Source of the DNA: a virus
Taxonomy: Duplodnaviria; Heunggongvirae; Uroviricota; Caudoviricetes
Reading direction: 5' to 3' (one strand)
IMG/VR virus record: IMGVR_UViG_3300037400_006466
Coordinates: 172,098 to 236,097 of that record
DNA: 64,000 bases
The notes under the pieces were generated by a model. That model worked only from the letters and a program-made list of their open reading frames with translations. It did no database searches and was not told where the DNA came from. Within the stretch, counting starts at the first letter, position 1. The number at the start of each line of letters is the position of its first letter. Both the position numbers and the translations under genes were made by a program. Below are positions 34,367 to 45,700 of this stretch, one piece after another.

Positions 34367-36496
34367 TCATCCCACTATCAGTGTATCATCTTCCCTAAGG
34401 TCAACTGCGAACTTCTCACCATGATCTGTCATGACTGTCTGACCACCCAAGAACTCATAGGTCTGTCCGTCCTGCTCCACCGTGATTATGTCTATGTCAA
34501 CTTCCTTTCCCACATAGAAGGTGTTGTAGGCAGTGTTGCTGTGAAGGTCAACTCCTGCTCCCTCCTGGAGAATCTTGACAAGGGGGTCATTCACATCTCT
34601 TATGTCTATGGCGGCAATTCTCATCTGCAGACTTGAATAGTCCACAGTACAGAGGTAATAGTTCTCATCATCCGGGGTCTTGAGACAGCTTTTTATCTCC
34701 TTTGCGAACTTTCCTCTTGTAGGGACCTGCTGCATATTGGGGGAGTTGCATCTGCTTCTTCCAGAATCTGTCATCATCGCAAGGAAATTGGGGTGCATTC
34801 TCCATGTTCCGTCCTCTTTGTGATACTGGATATACTGTGTCCATCCCTTGTCCCCTTCCTCATCATTCTCTCCGAGGAACTCAGCCATGAGTGAGTTCTT
34901 GGTATCCTCTCCGACAAAGGTGTTGAGAAGTGTGTTGAAGGACTTGAGCTGTTCAAGGACTGCGGCCTCAGGATGAGTCTTCTTCCATCTTGATATCTGG
35001 AAGTCTCCTGTGGCCAACTCCCCTGTGGAAGTCCTACCCCAGTCCTCCCATCCTTTCTTCTCAAGAAGCTTTCCCAACTTCTGTCCTGATTCCCACTGGA
35101 AGTCCATGGGGACACCGAAAGAGATTCCCAGCTTCTTCTTAAGCTCGTTGATGGCCTCCTTCATCTGGTTCCTGACATCATTCAGCATTCCCTTGTCAAT
35201 GAACACACCCAGATACTCCATCTTGGCGTAAGTCCTTGCAGCAGGTACACGGAAAGTCCTGTAATAGTACTCGAATCCATGGTCACTGAATTCATTGGGA
35301 TATTTGCTGTCCAGTTCCCTGCAATGGTCAAGTATGTTGTCCCACACCCTTCTGGTGACTATGGCATCCATGATTGCATAATCTTTGAGAGTATCCTCAG
35401 GAATCTCAAGGTAATTTATCTCATCCCTTTTCTTTCCCAGCTTCTCCTTATACTGGTCAAGAGGTCTCTCATACCCTCCGAACTCGCTGTAAAGGAAAGC
35501 CAAGGCCTTCAAGGAGTTGGAGCGGGTCTCATCAAGGGTATGACCCATGAGGATTATATCCTCATCTATCTGAGCCTCAGGTATTCCGTTACGCCAAAGG
35601 AACTTCACATCGAACTTGAGGTTGGCACCGAGCTGTCTGTTGTTCTTCAGTATGGACCCCAGCTTTCTCTTGTTATCCTTATCCATCAGTCTCCAAGGGA
35701 TGTAATATCCTGTAATTCCGTCAAAGCTCAGGGTTATGCATCCTATGGTGTCCTTGATGAAGTTGAGTCCTGATGTCTCCAAGTCCCATGCCAGCACCTC
35801 GTCATGTCTGTCCTTGTTGGGCTCATAGAACAGAGTGTCGAACTCCTCTGCATTCCTTATGAATATCTTGTTCAGCTTGGGGAATCTGGGAGGTATGAAG
35901 GGATTCCCCTTGATGGCATTGCTTATCTGCAATGAGGCCAACTTGGTCTTATATGAATCAACTGCACCGGTGCACCACTTTCCGTATCCACTGAATCCGA
36001 AGATGTCATCCCTTATGGACGCCATGGGGAACACCCTATGGCAGTTGTCCCTTGTGAGGTCAGGGGTGAACCAGAAATTGGACTTACCGAAAAGTATCTG
36101 CTCCATATGGTTGGGATAGAGGTCATCTTCTTGAAGGAGTCCGTAGAGGGCAGGTCCGCTTGTGAGGATAGGAGCAAACTGAGGGATATGATCCATGAAC
36201 TTTGACCTGTTGTTCTTGTAGAACTTGATGAGTCCTTCCTTGGCCTCCTTCTCATTCCACTCACAGGAAAGGACATTGAGTATCATGTATTTGGTGCATC
36301 CGTTTGACGCAAGCCATTTATCTATGTATCCCAGGTATCTGGGCTCGAACTGGTCCTCCACCAGTATTATCAGAGGAAGGTCATATTTGGCCTTGTTCTG
36401 AGATTTATCCAAGAGAACAGGGTTGTCATGAACCTTGAGATTGAGCGCCTGCTTCCTTGAATTGGCGCTGATATTACCGAAGCTGAAATCACTCAT
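34367..36496 (-). CDS. family A DNA polymerase, N-terminal fragment (3'-5' exonuclease and palm motif A); ends before motif B
   Basis: LAWDLETSGL matches Exo I. RMHPNF...TDSGRSRCNSPNMQQVP matches the conserved PolA block. CTVDYSSLQMRIAA matches motif A (DYSQIELR). It then reads QEGAGVDLHSNTAYNTF, followed by a 40-aa tail and a stop. Confidence 0.85.
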   Translation of the reverse strand: MSDFSFGNISANSRKQALNLKVHDNPVLLDKSQNKAKYDLPLIILVEDQFEPRYLGYIDKWLASNGCTKYMILNVLSCEWNEKEAKEGLIKFYKNNRSKFMDHIPQFAPILTSGPALYGLLQEDDLYPNHMEQILFGKSNFWFTPDLTRDNCHRVFPMASIRDDIFGFSGYGKWCTGAVDSYKTKLASLQISNAIKGNPFIPPRFPKLNKIFIRNAEEFDTLFYEPNKDRHDEVLAWDLETSGLNFIKDTIGCITLSFDGITGYYIPWRLMDKDNKRKLGSILKNNRQLGANLKFDVKFLWRNGIPEAQIDEDIILMGHTLDETRSNSLKALAFLYSEFGGYERPLDQYKEKLGKKRDEINYLEIPEDTLKDYAIMDAIVTRRVWDNILDHCRELDSKYPNEFSDHGFEYYYRTFRVPAARTYAKMEYLGVFIDKGMLNDVRNQMKEAINELKKKLGISFGVPMDFQWESGQKLGKLLEKKGWEDWGRTSTGELATGDFQISRWKKTHPEAAVLEQLKSFNTLLNTFVGEDTKNSLMAEFLGENDEEGDKGWTQYIQYHKEDGTWRMHPNFLAMMTDSGRSRCNSPNMQQVPTRGKFAKEIKSCLKTPDDENYYLCTVDYSSLQMRIAAIDIRDVNDPLVKILQEGAGVDLHSNTAYNTFYVGKEVDIDIITVEQDGQTYEFLGGQTVMTDHGEKFAVDLREDDTLIVG

Positions 36497-36546
36497 ACTT
36501 CTAATATAAAGACAGGAATGACTAATTTGAGAGAAAGGAAAACCCT

Positions 36547-37053
36547 ATGAACAAAAAGATAGTCAAAGCTCTCATGAAGGGATATCTCACGTTAAGGAAG
36601 TTCTGGGACCCTCTTAAAGAGCCTGTAAAGGTAAGGAGTGAGTATCACTGCTCAGGAAGTGAGTTCTCTGACAGGATAAACTCCTTCGAGTATAAGGCTG
36701 ACCCGTTAGGGGGACTGTTTGACCATACAGCTGACCCCAACAAGTTCTTTGATAATACAAAAGAATCAGGCAGAGACTGTGATGATTTCCAGAGACAGTG
36801 GTCTTGGTGGGGAAGATACAATGGCTATAAAGCCTATGAGTATGTGATATGTGACCCCACTACTGTGAAGACTGCATTCGGAACGATGCACGTCATAGGG
36901 ACGTTGCAGGATGAAAGGACTAGGATGTGGTATCTGACCAATTACAATATCTATGGGCCTTTTGTGACCGAGGAGGATGCCCTGGGTTACATGAGGAACT
37001 TCATATCCTATTCAAAGGATAACGTCATAGTCAAATACAGGGAAGTGAAATAA
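36547..37053 (+). CDS. hypothetical protein (Cys/His-containing, possible papain-like fold)
   Basis: ORF with SD AAAGGAAAA. The DCDDF...HVIG pattern is only suggestive. Confidence 0.55.
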   Translation: MNKKIVKALMKGYLTLRKFWDPLKEPVKVRSEYHCSGSEFSDRINSFEYKADPLGGLFDHTADPNKFFDNTKESGRDCDDFQRQWSWWGRYNGYKAYEYVICDPTTVKTAFGTMHVIGTLQDERTRMWYLTNYNIYGPFVTEEDALGYMRNFISYSKDNVIVKYREVK

Positions 37054-37207
37054 AAAGGAACAATCCCTTCTCTTTAAGAATACTTATAAAAAGTTCATTC
37101 ATGATATACAACACCTTTATTCATTACTCTTGCCAATGATTCCTGGGTTCTCCTTCTTTTGCAATTAAACTAATTGTTTATATAATTATATAGGTAGATA
37201 ACTGATA

Positions 37208-39697
37208 ATGGATCATTTCTTTTTAGATGACGAAGGTCTTAGACACTTACTTGAGCGCATAAAGAACTATTTTGCATCTCAGACTCAAGTCAACAGCGAC
37301 CTGACTGATTTGTTAAATAGAATAAACAATCTTAATGAAGCTAAGGCTGACAAGAGTACTCTTAATACAGAGATAGACAGAATTGACAACTCTCTAAGAG
37401 ACCTCAGTGATAATAAGGTAAACGTATCCACATATAATGATGATAAAAGTACCATTCAAAGCTCAATCAACAGCTTAGGTACTTCAATAAGCAGCCTTGA
37501 AAATAAGCATGATACTGATGTCAGCAGCATACAGTCTTCACTGGATGAGATAGAAGGTGACATCAGTGGACTTGGAAGTTCTAAGCTTGATAAATCTACA
37601 TATAATACAGACAAGAGTGAAATTGACAGTGAAATCAGTGGAATTCAAGAGTCACTGACTGATCTTGGTAACTCTAAGGCCAGCAAGGCTGAGCTCAATA
37701 CAGAAGTAGAGAGAATTGACAACTCAATCAGCACCGTCAATGAATCAATAGGAGGAATCAGTTCCTCTATTGGAACAATCAATACCTCTATAAGCACAAT
37801 CAATACCTCTATTGATGCAATCGACACCTCTATAGAAACAATCAATGGTTCTATAGGAAGTTTGGAAGAATCAGTAGAAGGACTTGACACTTCAGTATCT
37901 GCACTTGAAAGTTCTGTAGAATCCATTGAAGGTTCAATAGATGACCTTGGTGATTCTCTATCTCCTGTGGCCACAAGTGGTGACTACTCAGACTTAATCA
38001 ACAAGCCAACCTTATCTCAAGTTGCTACAAGCGGAAGTTACAATGACCTGTCTGATAAACCTTCCATTCCGGATTCCCCAGTACAAAGTGACTGGAATGA
38101 AAGTGACAGCTCTTCTCAGGCCTACATACAGAACAAACCCTCCATACCAGTTGTTCCCACAAATATCAGTTCCTTCACAAATGATGCAGGATACATAACC
38201 CTCAGTGAAGTTACTGAACAACAGCAGTCAGACTGGTCTCAATCAGATAGCACTGCTCCAGACTTCATCAAGAATAAGCCAACAATTCCGGCTGCTCAAG
38301 TGAACAGTGACTGGAACAGCGATTCTGGTGTAAGTCAAATACTCAACAAGCCCAGTCTTTCTTCTGTGGCTATAAGCGGAAGTTACGATGACTTGTCTGA
38401 CAAGCCGACAATACCTACTGTCAATAATTCTACTATCACATTCACTCAAGGTGGAACAACAAAGGGAACCATAACTCTGAATCAGAGTGAAAACAGTACC
38501 ATTGCTCTAGACGCTGGTGGTGATGGAAGTGCTGATATAACTGAAATAGAAAATAGAATGGATACTGTTGAAGATACAGTGTCTGATCTTCAGAATCTCA
38601 TAGAAACCTATGACTTTGGTGACCCTGCATCTAAGACATATGTAGCCAATACAGTTCGTGCTACTGAAGAAAGATTGAATGGACAGCTGGAAACTCATGA
38701 GAATGATACAAACAATCCTCACAGTGTAACTTATAATCAGGTAGGTCTGGAAGTAGTTGAGGACATAGAGTCTGAACCAGAAGAACCAGAGAATCCTGAT
38801 CCATCTGAGGAACCAGATTACAAGTATATAGCATCAATTGATTATGTAAAGCAGTATGTAGATGAAAACGGTATAGGAATCGAAACCTTAGAAAGTCTAG
38901 AAGGTCCTGGTAAACCAGGATTATTATACATATATGGAGAGACACTCTATATATGGAAAGATGATGCATTCACTGCGGTATCCACTGCAAGCAGTGGTGT
39001 ATCAAGAGAACTTGAAGAAAAAATTAATACTTCCTACAGTCATACTTTTGATACAATAACCAATCCACATAACATAACCAAGGGAACAATAGGACTTGGA
39101 AATGTAGATAATACTTCAGATATAAATAAACCATTAAGCAGTGCGGCTATAACTGAACTTGCTAGAAAAGTAAATGTTGCTGAAATAGTGGATAATCTGA
39201 CTACACAGTCATCAGTTGCACCTTTGAGTGCAAATATGGGATATGAACTCAGTGGTAAAATAGCAGCATTGAGGTTGGAAGTAAATGGTATTGGATCCGC
39301 CCTTAGATTTAAAGGCACAGTATCCTCACGTTCAGATTTAGCCAATGTGCAGAGCCCTGCAGCAGGTGACTGTTATCAGATAGTGTCTGTTGATGGGCAG
39401 GACCCAGACGAAGGTCATATGTTCAGTTATACAGAGGGTGGCGGCGGCAGTTGGGTTGAGATAAGCGGATCCTTTGGAATTGATTTCGTTGCTGCTACAA
39501 TGGATGAAGTTCAATCAATCATAGACAGCTATCAACGTCCTAATAGCAATCAGAATGAGAACAACCAGACTGGTGAAAGCGAAGAAACAGGAGATGGCGA
39601 AGATAATGGACAGACAGGTGAAGGTGAAAAAGGTGAAAATGATGGTCAAGGATCCGAACCAGTAGTTGACCCTAATGCAGAATCTAGTGGAAATTAA
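37208..39697 (+). CDS. tail fibre protein with N-terminal coiled-coil heptads and NKP(S/T)...SGSY(N/D)DLSDKP(S/T)IP repeats
   Basis: Four copies of an (I/L)xNKPxLSxVAxSGSYxDLSDKPxIP repeat. S/T/I-rich heptads (TINTSIS...). Acidic, Gly-rich C-terminal tail. Confidence 0.75.
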   Translation: MDHFFLDDEGLRHLLERIKNYFASQTQVNSDLTDLLNRINNLNEAKADKSTLNTEIDRIDNSLRDLSDNKVNVSTYNDDKSTIQSSINSLGTSISSLENKHDTDVSSIQSSLDEIEGDISGLGSSKLDKSTYNTDKSEIDSEISGIQESLTDLGNSKASKAELNTEVERIDNSISTVNESIGGISSSIGTINTSISTINTSIDAIDTSIETINGSIGSLEESVEGLDTSVSALESSVESIEGSIDDLGDSLSPVATSGDYSDLINKPTLSQVATSGSYNDLSDKPSIPDSPVQSDWNESDSSSQAYIQNKPSIPVVPTNISSFTNDAGYITLSEVTEQQQSDWSQSDSTAPDFIKNKPTIPAAQVNSDWNSDSGVSQILNKPSLSSVAISGSYDDLSDKPTIPTVNNSTITFTQGGTTKGTITLNQSENSTIALDAGGDGSADITEIENRMDTVEDTVSDLQNLIETYDFGDPASKTYVANTVRATEERLNGQLETHENDTNNPHSVTYNQVGLEVVEDIESEPEEPENPDPSEEPDYKYIASIDYVKQYVDENGIGIETLESLEGPGKPGLLYIYGETLYIWKDDAFTAVSTASSGVSRELEEKINTSYSHTFDTITNPHNITKGTIGLGNVDNTSDINKPLSSAAITELARKVNVAEIVDNLTTQSSVAPLSANMGYELSGKIAALRLEVNGIGSALRFKGTVSSRSDLANVQSPAAGDCYQIVSVDGQDPDEGHMFSYTEGGGGSWVEISGSFGIDFVAATMDEVQSIIDSYQRPNSNQNENNQTGESEETGDGEDNGQTGEGEKGENDGQGSEPVVDPNAESSGN
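37751..37860 (+). repeat. tandem 21-bp (7-codon) coding repeat, about 5 copies
   Basis: The unit acaatcaatacctctataagc and variants encode (T/A)I(N/D)(T/G)SI(S/D/E/G). In frame inside the fibre gene. Confidence 0.7.
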
Positions 39698-39720
39698 TTA
39701 TAGATAAAAAAGGACACTTC

Positions 39721-42700
39721 ATGGATACTAAAGATAAATTTGTTACACTCGAAGGGGCAGGATTACTCTATAATAGTGTAAAAGACGACATAGAAGATTT
39801 AAATGATTCTCTTTCTGCTCTTGACGACCGCAAAATAGGATTTGCCACTGTTGATGGAGAAGAGCTGGTTTTGAAATCATCAGCTAATTCGGAAACGGAA
39901 ATTGCCAGACTTTCAGGCTTTGGTGGTGGTGGAGGTGGTGGACCTTCCTATATGTTCAGAGTTACCAATACCACTGGGTTCTTGGATACTACCAGAAAAG
40001 AGGGAAGTGAAATTGTTCTGTCATTCAACTGGTCCTCAAAGTATGATAATCAGAATACTGGTGATGGTGAGGTCAACGTAACCTTTAAGAACTTGCCAAA
40101 CGAGAAAATAAGACAATCAATATCTCAAACTGATGCTGGCGGTAATGTCTCTATTGATGTATCCAAATACATGAGACTCGGCCGTAATGACGTGACTGTA
40201 TCTGTTATTGATTCCTATTATCAGAAAAGAGAGCTTAACTTCTCTATTAATATTGTATCTCTGGAAATAAGTTCAAATTTTGTAGATACTGTTGTATACC
40301 CTATAGACAGTTCTAATAGTGTGCTTTTCCCGTACTCTATGAGTTATTCAGGAGAAAAGATAGTTCACTTTATATTGGATGGTACTGAGATAGCTACAAG
40401 ATCAATAACAACAACCTCAGAAGTTACTGAAACACTTACAGGATTGACTCATGGTGCTCATGAACTTGAAGTCTACTATACTGCTGTTATAAATGATGTC
40501 CCTGTCAATTCAAAAAACACTCTCAGATACAGTATTATGTATGCTGTCAGTGGAAATACTACTCCAATCATATCTTGTCCGTTTGATGATACCACTGTTA
40601 CACAATATGATAATGTGTCTATTCCTTATATGGTATATACCAACGGCCAAGAAACAAGTCATGTGTCTTTGTACATAAAAGGAACTGATTCAGAAACATT
40701 TACCTTAATCAATGAGCTGGATGTCAGATTAGCCAGACAGATTTGGACCTATAGAGCAGAAACACCAGGATCATTTACTTTTAGAATAGAGTCAGGAACT
40801 GTCTATAAAGAATTTACAATAACTGTTAGAAAAAGTGATATAGAAATTTCTCCTCACGAAGGTAATTTGATGCTGCATCTGAACCCATATCAGAGAGACA
40901 ACAGCAATGAAGAGACCAGAGGCACTTGGACCCAAGTGTGGGATCAAGGACAATGGGTAGCTACCAATGTTAATCCAGTATTCACTGGGTTCAACTGGAA
41001 GTCTGATGGTTGGATAAAAGATAGCAATAACATAGATGTATTAAGACTCCACTCTTTAGCAAAGGTTGAAATACCTTTTGATCCTTTTGACCCTGACAAT
41101 GCTACTGCTATTCCAACAAATGGAATGACCATTGAACTGGAATTTGCAACATCCAGTGTCATGAACTATAATTCTCCTGTGATTTCTTGTATGTATGAGG
41201 GTGTTGGCTTTGAGGTCACTTCTCAAGAAGCTAGACTCAGTGGTGCTGGTGAAAGCATAGGAACACAATTTAAGGAAGACGAGCATGTCAGAATCTCTTT
41301 TGTAATAACAAGACAAAACCCTGAACATATGATATACATTTATATCAATGGTGTTTTATCAGGTGCTAAAAGATATTCTGGTAACTTTGCACATCTTCAG
41401 TCATCTAAAATAACACTGGGATCTCAATTCAGTACTCTGGATTTATATCATATACGTATATATAATGTTTCTCTGAGTCACAAAGATATAGTTGACAACT
41501 GGATTGCTGATATGCAAGACAGTGAACAGATGATGACTGAATACTTTAATAAACTTATATATGATGATTCTGGAGAAGTATCATTAGCAAATATTTCAGA
41601 TCTTCCAATTGGATTACCATATCTGGTCTTAGAGACTGGGAGGCTTTCTGAATCAAAGAAAGACAAGGTGTCCACAGATGGATATTATGTAAATCCAAAA
41701 GACAGTTCAAGAAACTTTACATTTAAGAATGCTGTACTTTCTGTCCAGGGTACATCATCTGCTGACTATCCTAGAAAAAACTATAAGCTCAAATTTGAAA
41801 ACGGACTCACCATGAATGATGGTGAACATAAGAGTAAATATGCATTGAGAGAGGGGTCTATACCTGTAAAGACCTTTTGTTTCAAAGCTGACTATGCTTC
41901 TTCAGAAGGAGCAAACAACGTTGAGCTTGTAAGATACTATTGTGATATATGTCCAGTGAAGACTCCCCCTCAGACATATGATGAAAATGATACAGATGAA
42001 GAGAAGGCAGCAAAAGACAAAATACGTCAAGGTATTGATGGATTCCCAATAGTTGTTTTCTGGGATGATAAGGTGGAGGAGCCAAATCATAAGTTAAAGT
42101 TCCTTGGAAAATATAATTTCAACAATGATAAGGGAACCTCAGAAGTCTATGGTTTTTATGCAGATGATAATGTACATGACCAGTCTTGGGAAACAAAAAA
42201 CAACGACACTAACAAGGCACTGTGGAAGGATGACAACTATACAGATTATGATTCATGGAAAAATGCCTTTGAATCCAGATTCCCAGATTATGGTGATGAA
42301 GAAGGAACAAAAGCTGATATCTCAGGTTTAAAAGCTCTTGCTTCATGGATAAAATCAACTGACACAAATAACATAATTGATTCTGTATTTAATCAAGAAA
42401 CAGGAGAGACTACATACAGTGATACAGGTAGGCCAATATGGGCTGTTGGTGATAGTGAAGTAGTAGATGGTAAAACCATCTGGCATGGTGCGCCATTATC
42501 TCCAGCTGTTGAGATTAATGGCGTAGAATATGAAGAAGATAATGAGGAATATAGACTTGCCAAGTTCAAATCACAGATAGAGGATTACTTCGATCTTGAA
42601 GATACTCTTTTCTATTATCTTTTCACTGAAGTGTTCTTGATGGTTGACTCAAGAGTAAAGAATTCATTCCCTACCAGATATGATTCTCATCCAGGTGCAA

Positions 42701-45700
42701 AATGGATGTGGCTACCATACGATATGGATACTGCTATAGGAATCAACAATGAAGGTCAACTTGCATTCCATTATTCTCTAGAAGATATTGACTGGGTAAA
42801 TGAAAATAGCGCAATGGTCTATAATGGTCAGCATTCTGCTTTATGGCTAAATGTCAGAAAGTGTTTCTTTAATGAAATAAAGCAAATGTATCATGACCTT
42901 AGAACTGGAGATAGAAAACTCTCTTATGAAGAAATAGAGAAGAGATTTGAAGACCACCAGAAAATGTGGCCTGCCTCTATTTATAATGAAGATGCTTATC
43001 AAAAGTATATAGTGCCAGTAGTCTATGAAGGGGAAGATGAAGAATACCTCGAAATGTGTCTTGGATCAAAGGCTGAACAGAGAAAATGGTGGCTATATAA
43101 CAGATTCAAGTATCTTGATTCAAAGTATGAGGTTGGAGATTCTGCTACCAAGAAAATAACATTCAGAGCCTATCAGCCAGGATCATTCACCTTGACTCCT
43201 TATTCAGATGTTTATCTTAAAATTGAGGCATCTCATATTGGTTCAGATCTTGTAAGAGGTCAAAAAGGAATTGCTTCTCCAGTACCTATTTCTTTTGGAT
43301 CAGCAAATGATTCTGTAGTTAACATATATTCAGCAGACCTTCTCATGGATATTGGAGACCTTTCTCAACTTAGACCAGGATTCTGTTCCATATCAGATGC
43401 AGTTAAACTTCAGCGTTTAAAAATAGGTGGAGAAACCAGAAACACTCTATTCAATTCACTTACTCTTGGAAACAACACTTTGTTGACATACATAGATGTA
43501 CGTAACTGTCCGAATTTAAGAGGAGTTATAAGTGCAAAAGGATGTCTCTCACTGCAGACAGCACTGTTTGAAGGTACTTCCATTACTGGTATTGAATTAC
43601 CAGATGGTGGAATTGTAAAAACCTTACATTTGCCATCTACCATAACTACACTTGAAATACTGAATCAGCCTTACATATCTGACTTCCAGATAGAATCTTA
43701 CAGCAACATAGTTGAGTTAAATCTGGAAAATGCCGGGGCTGCACAATCTAATGCTTTGGATACTTTAATGCAGTTAAAGAAAGGTGCCTTTGTCAGAATT
43801 ACTGGACTTGATTTGAGATTTGAGGGTGGAGCAGACATTAAAGCTTTTCTCAATAAGACTGCAACTCTTCGTGGAGGATATAGGAATGATGACCGCATTC
43901 TTATTACACGAGACTACCCATATCTGTCTGGAACTGCCTATATAAAAGATGCAACTCCTCAACAAGTCGAGACTCTTGAAAGTTATGGACTTACAGTCAC
44001 CTATGATCACTTTGTCATGATTGTAGAGTTCTATGATGAATTCGGACGTACAAAGCTTCAGGAGCAGAAGACTTATACAGGAAATGTGAATTACACAGGT
44101 TCACCCGTAGCAAAGGACCCAGATGCACAGTATACCTATTCTTTCGGTGGTTGGAGTAGAGTTCCTGGAGGAGATCCCGAACCTAGAATACTCAATAACA
44201 TTACAGACTCATGTAGTCTGTACATGGCCTATAACAAGCTGATAAGGTCTTATGAAATATCTTTCTACAATGAAGGCAGATTACTTGTAAGAAAGGCTGT
44301 TCCATATGGCACAATGCCCATATATGATGGAGTTACCCCAGTATATGAGGGAGTAGATCCAGATAACTACGGTGAGTTTACAGGCTGGACTCCTGAGCCC
44401 CATGAAGTAAACGGTACTGCAAATTATTTTGCTACATTCAGATATACTGGATTATATACATACAACTACTTGATGAAAGAAGCAGCTTCTGTAGAAAGTG
44501 ATAATGTTACAGGAATAGCTCAGTACGCATTTGCCAACCACAGTAAACTGAGAACTGCTACCTTTGAGGCTGTTACAAGAATTGGAAACAATGCTTTCAG
44601 TGGGTGTTCTTTATTATCAGAGCTGATAGTTCCAAACGTAGAATATATTGGAGAATATGCTCTTAATGGTACCAGAATTTATAATTTGAACTTCCCAAAG
44701 GTTAAAGAATGCTATGGAATATACACGGGTGCTGAAATACTTGATTTTGATATTCCAAATTTGGAAATACTTAGAGAATCTGGATTTAATGGTAATGGAA
44801 ATACATCAATAACGTCGATATCCTTCCCTAAATTGACAGACTTTACAGAAATATCATATGCCCCAAGTTTGGTTTCAGGATTTAAAAACTTAAGTAGTTT
44901 ACAATTGCCTGTATTAAGAAGGTTATCCGGTGCTACATTTGGAGAATCTGCGATGGATGACTTTACTGAAATCAATCTACCTTCACTTCGTACTATTAGT
45001 TATTTTAGGTCACAAAACCCGATTGAAACTGTAGATTTAGGTCCCGATTTGCAGAGATTCCCACAAGGAGGATCTTCTTATTCTAGCACATATAATAAGC
45101 TTAATAGTGAATTAAAAACATTGATTCTCAGGCCAAAGAGACTTCTGACTTTATCTCAATCAGTATCTGATAGTTACAGTCCTTTCTATTATTGCTATAA
45201 TACAGTGACAATCTATGTGGATCCCTCTCTTGTAGACCAATATAGGAATGCTACAAACTGGAGCGTGATGTCTGATAGAATCAAACCTATATATGAAATC
45301 ATTGCAGCATCTACTTTGACTGTAACTGCAAACAATGTTTCTGGAAGATATTCAACTACTACACTTCATGTTCATGCTGAAGGAAGCGGTGAATACCTGG
45401 GAGAGTTACAACCTGGAACAATGACACTTGACTTTGATTGCATATCACCAGACTTTGGTATAAACCCAACTGAAAATGACAGAACTGTTACAGTTGAATA
45501 CACATATGGTGGACAGACAGTGAATGTCAGCTTTACTCAGACTGGTTGTAAGCCAAATACCCTAGTCATAGATACTACAAGAAATATAATAAATACTTCT
45601 TCATATGTATATGAAGGAAATCTGAGTGTAATTATTAACGGAAGTTATGTTACTAAATCATCAGCACAAATCCTTACCAGAGGACTTGAAAAAGCTGAAA

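Noticed and set aside
36497-36546. Divergent 50-bp spacer between the polymerase N-fragment and the first plus-strand gene, checked for a replication origin or divergent promoter pair
   Set aside because: It is too short and has no iterons or obvious AT-rich direct repeats. The promoters must overlap the flanking coding ends. Nothing distinctive was seen.
37751-37860. Regular short tandem repeats checked as a possible CRISPR array
   Set aside because: The period is 21 bp and there are no spacers. It lies in frame inside the tail-fibre CDS and encodes heptad repeats. No CRISPR array was seen anywhere in the window.
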